Source: a virus. Taken from it: DNA of 64,000 nt. The notes beneath the pieces were generated by a model. That model worked only from the letters and a program-made list of their open reading frames with translations. It was not told where the DNA came from and made no database searches. Position 1 is the stretch's first letter. Each line of letters begins with the position of its first letter. The stretch covers positions 1-64,000 of the IMG/VR virus record IMGVR_UViG_3300009082_000017; one strand, written 5' to 3'. This document shows, piece after piece, positions 21,072-31,351 of this stretch. The position numbers and the translations under genes were made by a program.

Positions 21072-21866
21072 TTATCGTTCAGCGATATTTTTTCCAAAAG
21101 CATCCTTGCTATTTCCCGCAAATTTTTCTACAGGAATAAGAATGCTTCCATATCTTCCATTTTCTTCTTCTGAGTGATATAACCAATGTTTCATATCACC
21201 AGTTTTAGAACCATATGTTAATATTAAAGGTTGATATAAATCATAATTTTCTTTCACTATAATTCTATTGAATATTCCTTTGAATTGATATAAAGTATAA
21301 TTAAGCACTTCTAACATTGGTAATCCTCTTGTAGCAATTATAGTAAAAACTTGATCTTCCAAATTTATAGGATTTTTTTCATATATTTTTTGTAATTTCT
21401 GTTCTAATTCTGGATGATATTGATTTACCCATTCTGCGCTGAAGGTGTTTTGTTTTAGAATAAATTCTCTTGCTTCTTCAAAATCCCATTCATTTAAAAT
21501 TATATCTCCAAAATAAATATTTACATAAACATTTTCTAATGATTTGGGTTTAGTGTCGTCTTTTATGCCTGTAGATAACCTAACTTTTGTTTTTGATATA
21601 TAACTTAAAAAAGCTTCAAATTCTTCTTGTATTTTTATCACACCTTCTTTTGAATTTTCTTTATATATCATAAACTTTATATAGCTCATTTTTATAATTT
21701 CTTTTGTCGCTCCAAAAAGTTTTGGATACATCATCAGCGTATAAAAAGATTCCAACGTCTTTGATTCAGATATTTTAATAGGATAAAATTTTATATTTTT
21801 ATAAATTTGAGGTAAGCCAAAAACATCATTATTGGGGATATATAATTTTGCTAATTCTTCATCCAC
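21072..21866 (-). CDS. Conserved tail-module protein
   Basis: 264 aa between tail completion and tail tube genes; GGAGG plus GTG start. Confidence 0.55.
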   Translation of the reverse strand: MDEELAKLYIPNNDVFGLPQIYKNIKFYPIKISESKTLESFYTLMMYPKLFGATKEIIKMSYIKFMIYKENSKEGVIKIQEEFEAFLSYISKTKVRLSTGIKDDTKPKSLENVYVNIYFGDIILNEWDFEEAREFILKQNTFSAEWVNQYHPELEQKLQKIYEKNPINLEDQVFTIIATRGLPMLEVLNYTLYQFKGIFNRIIVKENYDLYQPLILTYGSKTGDMKHWLYHSEEENGRYGSILIPVEKFAGNSKDAFGKNIAER

Positions 21867-21876
21867 ATATCCTCCG

Positions 21877-22455
21877 TTATCCTAGATTCTGATTGCACAT
21901 AATCAACTCAAAACCTTTATAAACACTATTACCTACATTTATGCCCGTCATTCTACAATACTGTGACGCCTTATAATCAAAAAATATTCTACCAACACCT
22001 TTAATATCAGCGCCATTTAATACTTCTATCAAACGTTGAATTATAGATAAGGAACGAGGATTTTTATTGCTCATTATGTTTATAGTTTCGTGGGAATACA
22101 CCTCAAATCTAATTGATTGTGTTCCCGTTACGTAAGTTTTTGGGACAACGGTTACAGGCGTTATTCTCAATACTGTAGCTACTTTTGTCCACGCGGCACT
22201 CATTCCTGCATCAAAAAAAACCCTATAATCTGTCATTTCCCCATTACCTTGATATATTAATGCCCCCTTTTCTGCGGATGTTAGATTATCATTGATATTT
22301 TCATTCCACGCAGTATTTACAGGATATTTGAGTAGTCTCCAAATAAAATCATCATATTTCATAAGGTATGAGGTGATGTTATAGGGAACTTCTTGTAAAC
22401 CAGAATATTTATTATAAGCTTGTTGTATATCATCTAAAATTTGGGTTGCTGTCAT
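21877..22455 (-). CDS. Putative tail completion/terminator protein
   Basis: Synteny; 192 aa; RLIEVLNG motif. Confidence 0.5.
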   Translation of the reverse strand: MTATQILDDIQQAYNKYSGLQEVPYNITSYLMKYDDFIWRLLKYPVNTAWNENINDNLTSAEKGALIYQGNGEMTDYRVFFDAGMSAAWTKVATVLRITPVTVVPKTYVTGTQSIRFEVYSHETINIMSNKNPRSLSIIQRLIEVLNGADIKGVGRIFFDYKASQYCRMTGINVGNSVYKGFELIMCNQNLG

Positions 22456-22474
22456 TTTCAGTCTATCTCCTTTT

Positions 22475-23743
22475 TTAGAATGCGCCGTTAAGCGTTATTG
22501 AAATTTGTTTTGTGTGTGAGCCTGATGTTGCGGTTATGAGTAGAGGTAGGTCGAGGTAGCGTTCTATGTTTTGTAGTGAGAATCCGTTTGATGATGGGGT
22601 TAGTATGTAATGATCAGTAGGCACATTTGAGTTTACGGGTGCAAATGTAAATACATCTGCTTGTTGTACACCGTTTGTATAGAGATAGGTTGTAAATACT
22701 TGTGTGTCACCTTCAAGTATTTCTACGTTATCTGATGGAGTTACACGGATCTCGTTTGTGGTTGTTCCTGATGCGGTTACTGAGACCAAAGCGGATGCGG
22801 ATACGGTAGGATTACCTCCCATATAGGCTGTTGCTATGGTTGAACCGGATGAGGATAGGGTTAGGAGACCGGAAGTGGAGATTGTGGCTATTGACGATGA
22901 ACTAATTGAGTATGTTAAACTTCCGGTAGTTGGCATGTTGTTCATGAGTAAGGTTGCACCAAGTTGATAGGTTTCGCCTACGTTGCCGGATATTGAAGAT
23001 GAGGATAGGTTTATGGTGTAGATGTTTTTGTAGTAGTCTGCCACGCCTAATTCTAGGTTGTCTGTTTGAGTATTATATTGATATCCACCCATAGTTAATG
23101 TCATCAGTCTTGCGGTTGTATCCGTCAATGTTTGTTGATTCTGTGAATTCATTATCCCGTTACCAAACAATTTCCAACATACACGTTGTTTTGGTCTACC
23201 AAATAAGAATCGTTGATTAGGTTGAACCAATTCTGTACGTTCATTTAATTGTAGAAAACAGTCGCAATATCCTTGGGGGAGTGCCAGATCGTCTTGTCTG
23301 AGCAAGTCCCTAGTTCCGGTGATATCGTAATCCACACAAATTGGCTCCGCATAGTAGATACCATTATCGCTTATCCATCGTAATTGTTCATTACAACGTC
23401 TAATAATAATATTTAATAGTGTTGATTTAATGTTGTCTGTAAAGACACAGAGCCAGAAATTATCATCGAAGTAGAACATACTCCCAATTGTAGGGACGAA
23501 TGTTTCATAAGGATCAAAAATTAACTGTTTCCAATCATCACTACGCTTTTCACCTGTGCTTAGATTTATTACTGGTGTTACACGCACGTCAATATTTTGA
23601 TAGGTTTGACTTGCAAAAGAGGTTTCACGTTGAATGGTGAATATGTCAGTGCTATTCTTAAATAAGGAATGACCCGCATATTTATATTCATTAATTTTTA
23701 TTTGACTAGCAGAAGAGGTTTGAGTAAGTGCGAATCTCATCAT
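22475..23743 (-). CDS. Head-closure/connector protein with C-terminal Ig-like domain
   Basis: GSMFYFDDNFWL..IIRRCNEQLRW connector-type motif; YSISSSSIATISTSGLLT Big_2-like motif. Confidence 0.6.
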   Translation of the reverse strand: MMRFALTQTSSASQIKINEYKYAGHSLFKNSTDIFTIQRETSFASQTYQNIDVRVTPVINLSTGEKRSDDWKQLIFDPYETFVPTIGSMFYFDDNFWLCVFTDNIKSTLLNIIIRRCNEQLRWISDNGIYYAEPICVDYDITGTRDLLRQDDLALPQGYCDCFLQLNERTELVQPNQRFLFGRPKQRVCWKLFGNGIMNSQNQQTLTDTTARLMTLTMGGYQYNTQTDNLELGVADYYKNIYTINLSSSSISGNVGETYQLGATLLMNNMPTTGSLTYSISSSSIATISTSGLLTLSSSGSTIATAYMGGNPTVSASALVSVTASGTTTNEIRVTPSDNVEILEGDTQVFTTYLYTNGVQQADVFTFAPVNSNVPTDHYILTPSSNGFSLQNIERYLDLPLLITATSGSHTKQISITLNGAF

Positions 23744-23757
23744 ATCTTACTCCTCCT

Positions 23758-24231
23758 TTATGTGCTATAAAAATTCTGATTGAACCAATTATCCCAAGAC
23801 ACATCATTATCCCAAGCATAATCTCCCAATAATTTATCTACACCTTCAATAACTTCAATCAAATATGCTTTCATTGACGGAAGCATGGGAGCAGACATTT
23901 TAAATTCTCTATCAACAAAATATCTTCCAAGAGCGTTTTTGTCTGATACTTGTTGTTGCAGCCATTGTTTGACCATCGCTCGTGACAAAATATTAATCTC
24001 TCTACTTGTTAAGTCTCTCGTAAAATATCCAACAGACGATCCAGATCCTTCAGTATAACTCATATCGAAAGTTGTTACTCTTGAAAAATCATCAATTGCG
24101 GCGAGAAGCCAATATTCAACATAGTTGACCATTATTACACTACCACTTGTGCTATAAAGAGTATTTAAAGCATCGTCATTTTTTATCTGTAGCATGAACC
24201 TGTCCACAACACTACTTGCGCTTGTTCCCAT
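23758..24231 (-). CDS. Head-tail adaptor protein
   Basis: MGTS..VVDRF, F.RDLTSREINILSRAMVKQWL; synteny after the capsid genes. Confidence 0.55.
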   Translation of the reverse strand: MGTSASSVVDRFMLQIKNDDALNTLYSTSGSVIMVNYVEYWLLAAIDDFSRVTTFDMSYTEGSGSSVGYFTRDLTSREINILSRAMVKQWLQQQVSDKNALGRYFVDREFKMSAPMLPSMKAYLIEVIEGVDKLLGDYAWDNDVSWDNWFNQNFYST

Positions 24232-24374
24232 AGCCCTCCTTTCTTTGTTTGTTATGGTTTATGTTAAGTTTTTATGTTAATTAATATAGTTAATATTAAA
24301 AAATCTACCTTTGATATAAAGATAGATTTTTTAATATTAGGATATTTTGTTTTTTGTTTTAGTTGTTTTTTTGT

Positions 24375-25419
24375 TTAGTCTGGGATTTTCAGTTCGCCGG
24401 ATGCGATGCGTTGTTCTTCTTTATATTGCAAAAAATCTTCGAATTGATTCAAATTATTATTGTATTGCCCATACCAACTATGGAATTCATCATGATGTTT
24501 TTTACAAATCGCCACACCCAACAAATGTCTATAATGTATTTCTAAAGTTTTATTGACTATAATATCTAATTCTTCCACATTATATTCTGAAATTCTTAAT
24601 CTTCTTTTTATCCCCAATTCTCTAAACGCATCATGAACTATACTATAAAAATTATAAAGATGATGAACGTGAAGATGCTTTGTTTCTCCACAGATTAAGC
24701 ATTTATGATTTGATATATTTAAAGATTCATATCTCCATTTTTTCATTTTCTTTTGTAAATAACTAAAAATCAATGTTTTACCACCTTGCCAATTACTTCC
24801 CCCATCTCCTCTTTTTTCTAAAGACATTTTTTCTTTTGTGCATTGATTACATTTACAAGAATATAATAAACTAGAAATGCTATGAATTTCAATATGACCA
24901 TTTTCGCACTTTGTTTTTACCATAGAACTAGTATTTAGATATCCATCTATAAATTCTATAACATCAAGTCCTTTTATTTTTAAACGACTTTCAACGTCTT
25001 CCTTCAATAAACGTTTCGATTCTCCACCCATTCTTTGCCCACATTCGGGGCATCTGTGACCTTCTTTAAAACTCCAAAAAGTTATATTCCCTCTATGTCC
25101 ACATTCGAAAATAACTTCTAATTTTAAATCACAATTTATATATTCTGTTGAAATTAAAATACAATTTCTACTCTCAATAAAAGTTTTTACATAATCAAAA
25201 GAAAATGAATGTTTCTTGCGCCTACCTTCATTGGCACATTGAGAACACCCAGTTCCTCTTCCAATTATATCTCTCGGCATTGTATAAAAATCAATGTTAT
25301 GAAGATTACATCTGAACTTTCCCTTTGCACTCATTTTTGTATATTCTAATACTGTAATATCACTTCCAAATTTTTCAAATATCAATTGTTTTATTTCTTT
25401 TAAATCTTTTTTTTCTCAA
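24375..25419 (-). CDS. Free-standing HNH homing endonuclease with zinc-binding repeats; 5' end apparently frameshifted in an A8 run
   Basis: C..H...CxxC repeats, GSNWQGG, CLICG...HVHHL...ICKKHHDEFH. The SD-linked TTG at 25419 is one base out of frame with ORF 24375-25385. Confidence 0.75.
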
Positions 25420-25620
25420 TTTTATCTCCCAATTTTAATAAATACCCTCAATAATACAAAGTGAGCGAAAAAATACTTAAGGGTTGTATTCTTATAAACA
25501 AATTAGCAAGATTTGCCTATTCGCTCACTACATTTATATTATCACACTTTTTTATTTTTGTCAAGGGTTAAATAAATATTCATTCCCTTTATTGCCATAT
25601 AGTAAAAACTACGTTATTTT

Positions 25621-26298
25621 TTAATCCTCCAATTTATTTCTTTCCAAACTTTCTTTTTGTTCGGTCACTCTTTGATTAATATCAATACCCGAAATTTCTG
25701 AAATCTTATGAACAACATTCATATCCACAGGCTTTCCCTCCATTATCATAGACACAATCATATTGGCGAGTATACCTTGTTGTCCTTGATTTGTTGATTT
25801 AAATAAATTTTCAGCATCAGGTGAATTTGATATAATTTGATTTATTTTTTCTAAGCTTAAAATACTTTTATAATCTTGTTCAAGCCCTAATTGTCTTACT
25901 GCCGAAGAGTTATTTATAAAAAAATAGCCTTTTCTAGCAAAATTTTTTTGTGTTTCTTTGATTTGAGCAAGTTCGGAAAACATAATATTTTTTGTTTCGC
26001 CAAAATAATCAAAACTATATCTATTGCCTTCGCCACGATTTTTAGTATTTAAGTTAAGCTTATCATTACATAAACTAACAACTTCAACCATATCGTTAGG
26101 CGAAAGTGGATTATATCCATCTTTTTCTTGTTGTTTTTCTAACTCCAATGCTTTGTTTTTCCAATATTCAAGTTCGGAAAATCCTTCATTTTTTGTTTCA
26201 TCAATTGGCTTTCTTACAACCTGTTTTAAAACTTTTTTTGCTACTTCTCCATTCTGAGAAGAATTTGTTACTTTGTCTAAAGACTTAGCGGTAGCCAT
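25621..26298 (-). CDS. Conserved head-module protein following the capsid gene
   Basis: 225 aa; YSFDYFGETKNI.F.EL pattern seen downstream of the capsid gene in SPbeta-like phages. Confidence 0.55.
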   Translation of the reverse strand: MATAKSLDKVTNSSQNGEVAKKVLKQVVRKPIDETKNEGFSELEYWKNKALELEKQQEKDGYNPLSPNDMVEVVSLCNDKLNLNTKNRGEGNRYSFDYFGETKNIMFSELAQIKETQKNFARKGYFFINNSSAVRQLGLEQDYKSILSLEKINQIISNSPDAENLFKSTNQGQQGILANMIVSMIMEGKPVDMNVVHKISEISGIDINQRVTEQKESLERNKLED

Positions 26299-26332
26299 TT
26301 TTTATTTTTCCTTTTTTTATATAATATTATTT

Positions 26333-26366
26333 TATATATGGAGGGTTTTTACACCCTCCATATATA
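26333..26366 (-). terminator. Intrinsic terminator after the major capsid gene
   Basis: TATATATGGAGGG/CCCTCCATATATA stem. Confidence 0.6.
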
Positions 26367-26383
26367 TATCAAAAACTTTAAAA

Positions 26384-27517
26384 CTATGCTACAGTAATCT
26401 CTGCTGCAACGCTCGAAGTGACCACACCCACAGACCAAGCCTTGAACATGCTAGATGATTGACTCATATCTGCGTTGGTAAAGGTGTCATCCATATTACT
26501 CATAAGAGTGCCACCAATAACACATTTAACGGGTTTATCAGTTCCAGGAGCAATGATCCAGATTCTGTCATTGTTAAGGAATGTAGCAAATGGGCCAGTA
26601 GCAAAGTCTGCAATCTGAGGAAGTTCATAAGTTCTAATCCCAGAAATTTGTCTCAAATAGCCCAATTTAACATATTCACTTTCCAAATCGTAACGAAAAT
26701 TTGCATCGTTTGGAAAGATTTTATTAAGAGCAATTTTTGTGCCAATAGCAATAGGTTCAGCGCCACCAGACCAACTAGAAACCTTGTCTGCAAGCCCAAT
26801 GAAATCATCCTGATCCCAACCAACAACACGAAGACCAGTAGATGCGGTAGTGCTCAATGCAGCCATAGCAGTAGCCATTGCGGTGTAAATATCACGGCTC
26901 ATCTCTGTTTCAACGGACAAAAGTGCTTTGGCAATAAAGTTGGCAAGGCTGTCTTTGCCGGTAAGGACTCTCCACAAATTCAAACTAACAGTAACTTGTC
27001 GCATTTCTGGAGTCAAGAATTTCTGTCCAGTGAATTGCGTTTGGCGATTCGATTGTTTCTTTCCAAAATTTGCAGCTTTAGTTACAGCAAACAAATCACG
27101 AGACCGAATATCAAAAATTGCCGTTTCGCCCCAGCCTACCGATTGAATAGACGCGAAAGCACTGTTCCCCTTTTGAACCGTATCTGGGAGCACGCTATCA
27201 ATTATCTGTGTACCAATATTTCCGATAGCCCAACGAAGAGTGGGATGATTTTGATATCCAGCAGCAGTAGCAGGAGATAAGTCGGTAATACCAACTTTCT
27301 TTGCGGCATAGGTCAAAATCATATCACTCAAGGCTTCTGATTTTTGGGTTAAAGTAACTTCGCGTCCTTCAGTATCTTTACGAGCATAACTGAAATTAGC
27401 TTTACCATGAGAATTTTCGGATTGATAATGATTCCAGAAATCAACTGCACTTTCCAGAATGGTTTTCATATCCACATCGGCAGCAAAATGCAAAACGTTT
27501 GCGGGTAATATAGTCAT
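26384..27517 (-). CDS. Major capsid protein
   Basis: 377 aa after scaffold and decoration genes; VGWGETAIFDI, GTKIAL, DRIWII..DKPVK; strong GGAGG SD and terminator. Confidence 0.78.
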   Translation of the reverse strand: MTILPANVLHFAADVDMKTILESAVDFWNHYQSENSHGKANFSYARKDTEGREVTLTQKSEALSDMILTYAAKKVGITDLSPATAAGYQNHPTLRWAIGNIGTQIIDSVLPDTVQKGNSAFASIQSVGWGETAIFDIRSRDLFAVTKAANFGKKQSNRQTQFTGQKFLTPEMRQVTVSLNLWRVLTGKDSLANFIAKALLSVETEMSRDIYTAMATAMAALSTTASTGLRVVGWDQDDFIGLADKVSSWSGGAEPIAIGTKIALNKIFPNDANFRYDLESEYVKLGYLRQISGIRTYELPQIADFATGPFATFLNNDRIWIIAPGTDKPVKCVIGGTLMSNMDDTFTNADMSQSSSMFKAWSVGVVTSSVAAEITVA

Positions 27518-27579
27518 ATTTTTATTTATCCTCCATTTTTTTTATTTTTATTGTAAAGTCAGGTAAGAACATGACTAAA

Positions 27580-28107
27580 TTAGATGTGTTCAACTCTAAA
27601 CTGATAAGTTGTAACGCGACCAGTTCCGATACTACCATCGGGAAGAGATATGTATTTGGTAGCAAGATATTTGGCATAGAAGCCACTAACAGTTACGGCA
27701 GACCATTTTAGTTTGAAATTCCCACTATCGTCAGCAATAGCATAAGTAGCGGTGGTAGAGCTATCAAGAGCCTCAGCGCTAACCTCAAAAACATCACCAA
27801 GCTGTAAGCGTCTTGCAACACCAGTTTCACCAGCAATAGTATAGAAGTCACGAGCAGTTCCGAGACCATTAACTTTTTCTCCAGCACCATTTACCAAGAA
27901 AGGCAAAACAGGGGTGTCAACCATAAAGACACCGGTGGGAGAAGCAGAGCTAGGTGAAGTAGCAGTAAACACTTCACTAGCAGACACAGTTAACAATTGG
28001 CAAACAAAGCCATTGTCAAGGTTAGATGCACTCACAAAATTTGAACTGTAAGCGTTAACATCCTGTGCAGCCACACTTGCTAAATTTGTAACAGCATGAT
28101 AAGTCAT
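27580..28107 (-). CDS. Capsid decoration/cement protein
   Basis: LDNGFV...F..IAGE...RRLQLGDVFEVS; shares a near-identical ~25-nt RBS leader with the capsid gene. Confidence 0.65.
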   Translation of the reverse strand: MTYHAVTNLASVAAQDVNAYSSNFVSASNLDNGFVCQLLTVSASEVFTATSPSSASPTGVFMVDTPVLPFLVNGAGEKVNGLGTARDFYTIAGETGVARRLQLGDVFEVSAEALDSSTTATYAIADDSGNFKLKWSAVTVSGFYAKYLATKYISLPDGSIGTGRVTTYQFRVEHI

Positions 28108-28143
28108 ATTTTTATTTATCCTCCATTTTTATTGAAATAATTT

Positions 28144-30072
28144 TTACAACCAACCCTTTTTCGCATATTCTTTCGTCACGTCTTCGGGTTTGTCATCTCT
28201 ATTTAACCAAGAATGTACGGTAGCCATACGAGTAAAGCTTTCCTTTTTCTTGGGGGCATCTTTGATGCGTTCATAAGCAGCACTCTTGATGCTACTTTGC
28301 CATGCAGGAAGATTTTCAATACTAAAAGATCTTACTTCTTCTCTAGCATTTTCAATCTCTTCTTTGGTAAATACGTCAGATACTTCTTGAATAGTTTTTT
28401 CAACAGCATAATCAAACTGTTGCTTTTCAATTTTATCTTTGTATTCCTGAAGATCAGCATTTTTAGCCATATACACATCTTTATCTTCTTTGGCAGCATC
28501 AGATTCAGCTTGCATCGCTTTCATTTTGCCATACATCTTAGAGCAAAGCATTGCATAATCCATTTCTTCACCTGCTTCATGTTTGGCAACCAAAGCTTTA
28601 TAATCTTCAGTTTCGTCTGCAAGCATAGCCATAAGCGCAGCCATATCTAGGTTGGCGTCTAAAGACATTTTTTCTTCTTTGGGTTCTTCTTCCTTAACTT
28701 CTTCAGCAAGAGTTTCTTTTTCTTCATCTTCTTTTTTTTCTTCTTCAGAAGTTTCAGGTTTTTCTTCTACTGCCATTTCTTCTGTTTCTACAGCCATTTT
28801 TTCTTCTTCTGGCTGAGTTTCAGATTCAGGAAGTTTTTCTTCTGCCATAGTTTCTTCTTTGGGTTCTAATTCTTTATCATTTTCATCTTTCACACTAAGT
28901 TCCTCCTTTTTTACAGACTTGTTCTTTATCCAATGACCCCCATCAATGTGATGATCTTTCTTAAATTGTGATTTCGCAATAGCATATCCATTTTTCTTTT
29001 CATCTACGCCTATCGCATCAGCAACTTTGCTTATTTGATTAATCTGGTCAAGAGTTAAAGCAATTCCATCCAGTTTCTTCATATTTTCAGGAACGTCTTC
29101 TATCTTAGAATATGGGAAAGTAATAACTTCACCATTATCAAAATAAGACATTGGTTTATCTTCTATCTCTTTCATTTGTTTTACCATTTCTTTAGACCAT
29201 TCCAAGCCTTCATTTCCCCCATACAACATCCAACTAATATAACTTCCATTTGGCGGAGATTTCTTTCGAATATCATTTTGATGATAAGACAAATATTTAT
29301 GAGTAGATTTTATTTTTTCAGGACTAGCTTTATCGTTTTTAGAGAAATGTCTAGCAATAGATAATGCAACAGAATTTCCACCTGTCCCATATTGCTTATA
29401 CAAGTCTAATCCTTTATTAGAATTATTTTTAATCTCTTGAGAAATAGAGAAATCAATTGAAGAATATTTAGAAAATTCTTTCAAATAATCCTCATGGTAT
29501 TTTTCATTAATTTGAGAAAAAGATAATACTTGTAATTCCGCATTTTGAATGGCACTCTGAATCGCTTTGCCGAGAAGACATATACCAAAATAGCAGAAGT
29601 CATCCATTTCTTCAATACCATTATCTTCTCTAATATGAGATTCATAAAGCCACATCTCAACACTAATACCTACCTTACCATCTCTTTTCTCAAGAATCTC
29701 AGAAACGGCAGGGACATAGATTTTCCAAATTTTTGCGTCCACATAGAATTTTAGAATTTCATTACCAAATTCATCTACGCCTTTTTCAAAAGAACCCGTA
29801 TCTGGAATTGCGAAGCCACAGATTAGGCTTTTGTCTACTTCAACGTGTGAACCGAAATCTCGTCCACTATTTATAAGATTATACACAATAGGCATGTTAT
29901 AGATAGTAGATGCAGTTCTTTTAAGGGTCTCTTCGGAGCAATACAACTTATGATAATTTTTCCCAGATGAAAATGCATGAATTCTACAAGTTATAAATCT
30001 AGAATCAGGATTATCTTCAATTATTTCTGCTGAATCAACACTAAATACTAAAGGTTTTCTTTCTTCACTCAA
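28144..30072 (-). CDS. Prohead protease/scaffold fusion protein
   Basis: N-terminal protease-like region (GKNYH..NMPIV..FGSH..ISVEM..GICLLG); acidic E/K-rich scaffold C-terminus. Confidence 0.72.
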   Translation of the reverse strand: MSEERKPLVFSVDSAEIIEDNPDSRFITCRIHAFSSGKNYHKLYCSEETLKRTASTIYNMPIVYNLINSGRDFGSHVEVDKSLICGFAIPDTGSFEKGVDEFGNEILKFYVDAKIWKIYVPAVSEILEKRDGKVGISVEMWLYESHIREDNGIEEMDDFCYFGICLLGKAIQSAIQNAELQVLSFSQINEKYHEDYLKEFSKYSSIDFSISQEIKNNSNKGLDLYKQYGTGGNSVALSIARHFSKNDKASPEKIKSTHKYLSYHQNDIRKKSPPNGSYISWMLYGGNEGLEWSKEMVKQMKEIEDKPMSYFDNGEVITFPYSKIEDVPENMKKLDGIALTLDQINQISKVADAIGVDEKKNGYAIAKSQFKKDHHIDGGHWIKNKSVKKEELSVKDENDKELEPKEETMAEEKLPESETQPEEEKMAVETEEMAVEEKPETSEEEKKEDEEKETLAEEVKEEEPKEEKMSLDANLDMAALMAMLADETEDYKALVAKHEAGEEMDYAMLCSKMYGKMKAMQAESDAAKEDKDVYMAKNADLQEYKDKIEKQQFDYAVEKTIQEVSDVFTKEEIENAREEVRSFSIENLPAWQSSIKSAAYERIKDAPKKKESFTRMATVHSWLNRDDKPEDVTKEYAKKGWL

Positions 30073-30159
30073 TCATTTCCTCCTTTCCTCAAAGGAAAAA
30101 TAATTTCTTCTTTGAAAATTTTTCAATATTTTACCCCATAAAATTCACGTTTCATGGGA

Positions 30160-30366
30160 TTATACAAACCATGTCGTAATTTTTACCCATAAAGGAGCAC
30201 TTTTTAAAGCATCTCTTAGTCTATCAGTACTCGCAAAATAATAAATGTCCCCTTCTGTTGCCAAAAGGGGGACACCATGTGATTGCAAATAATCAGATAT
30301 GTTTTTTTTGAATCCTATCTTGTGCTCAATTTTTTCTGGATTTAATACATACATTATTTTACCCAA
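30160..30366 (-). CDS. Small hypothetical protein
   Basis: MYVLNP...GVPLL...YYFAST; overlaps the end of the upstream gene. Confidence 0.55.
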   Translation of the reverse strand: MGKIMYVLNPEKIEHKIGFKKNISDYLQSHGVPLLATEGDIYYFASTDRLRDALKSAPLWVKITTWFV

Positions 30367-30881
30367 CCTTTATTGAATTCTCCTAGAATCACAAAATCAT
30401 CAACGTCGTGATCAAATCTCATCCAATCACCATTATACGCCTTGCCTTTATCCGCAAGTAGAATACATTGATTAGTTATAGGGATTAGCATACGAATAAA
30501 TTTATGCAAAAATGCCGAAGTTGTGAAATCTGATTCTTCTTTCGCGAGCTGACATGATTCATAACACAATGATTCTAAGTCAGTCATGTAATCTAATAGT
30601 TTTTCAAAGAATTCTTGAGGGCTATTATAATCTGTGCCATCAGCAGGAGTATCCCCGTAGAAAGTGAGGCAATTTCTTGCCGACTGATATGAAGATGCAA
30701 TATCGCCAATCAAAGGAAACAAATGCGCCAATTTTTGATGAAGCAATTCACTTGACTTATTCATAGAAAATTTTACATCCATCACACTCATTGCTCGGTC
30801 AGCAATTCTATTTCCTAAAAAGCACATTGTTACAATTTCATCTAATTTTTTATTTACATTTTCAGGTATTAATGATCTCAA
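30354..30881 (-). CDS. Ferritin-like four-helix protein
   Basis: Helical 175 aa; LLHQKLAH and AKEESDFTTSAFL resemble ferritin/Dps helices; GGAGG plus TTG. Confidence 0.55.
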   Translation of the reverse strand: MRSLIPENVNKKLDEIVTMCFLGNRIADRAMSVMDVKFSMNKSSELLHQKLAHLFPLIGDIASSYQSARNCLTFYGDTPADGTDYNSPQEFFEKLLDYMTDLESLCYESCQLAKEESDFTTSAFLHKFIRMLIPITNQCILLADKGKAYNGDWMRFDHDVDDFVILGEFNKGWVK

Positions 30882-30915
30882 TATTCCTCCTTTCTTTTAG
30901 GATAATATTGGAGAT

Positions 30916-31242
30916 TTACCACACTATATAATTTAATGCGTCGTCAGCGGCAATTACCCAAGCAGGAGATGCCGAAGTGATATTCAAGTTACTTCCACTA
31001 GTTGTGCATTTTACATTAGGAATGGCACTACCAGAACGAGATGCTTGAACAATTTTCCCAACAATAGGATTAATAATAGTTTGAATAACAATTGCAGAAG
31101 CCGTAGCTTGAGCAGAACTTACAACAAGACTACCAGTTACAACGCCTTCAAGCGTATTTAAACGAGTACCCAAAGTCGCGTTCTGTGCAGCACGATTCAT
31201 TTTATTCAGTTGTGAAATTTCTTTCGAAGTCATTCTAGTCAT
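30916..31242 (-). CDS. Putative virion structural protein
   Basis: LNKMNRAAQNATLGT, beta-rich C-terminus; same strong RBS type as the capsid gene. Confidence 0.55.
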   Translation of the reverse strand: MTRMTSKEISQLNKMNRAAQNATLGTRLNTLEGVVTGSLVVSSAQATASAIVIQTIINPIVGKIVQASRSGSAIPNVKCTTSGSNLNITSASPAWVIAADDALNYIVW

Positions 31243-31351
31243 TTTTATATTCCTCCATTTTTCTATTTTTATATGATATATTTATATAGCGCACGGAGCC
31301 AGGATGTGTGTCCCGTTATGCGCTTAATGCTTTAGCCGTTTTTATTCTACA

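Noticed and set aside
24240-25620. A second intron around the HNH gene
   Set aside because: The flanking genes are complete with their own starts and stops, no P7-type GACU/AGUC core was found, and the HNH gene has its own promoter and terminator.
26459-27280. 273-aa plus-strand ORF, and many other short antisense ORFs in the track
   Set aside because: These are shadow frames opposite well-supported genes, with no SD and no motifs.
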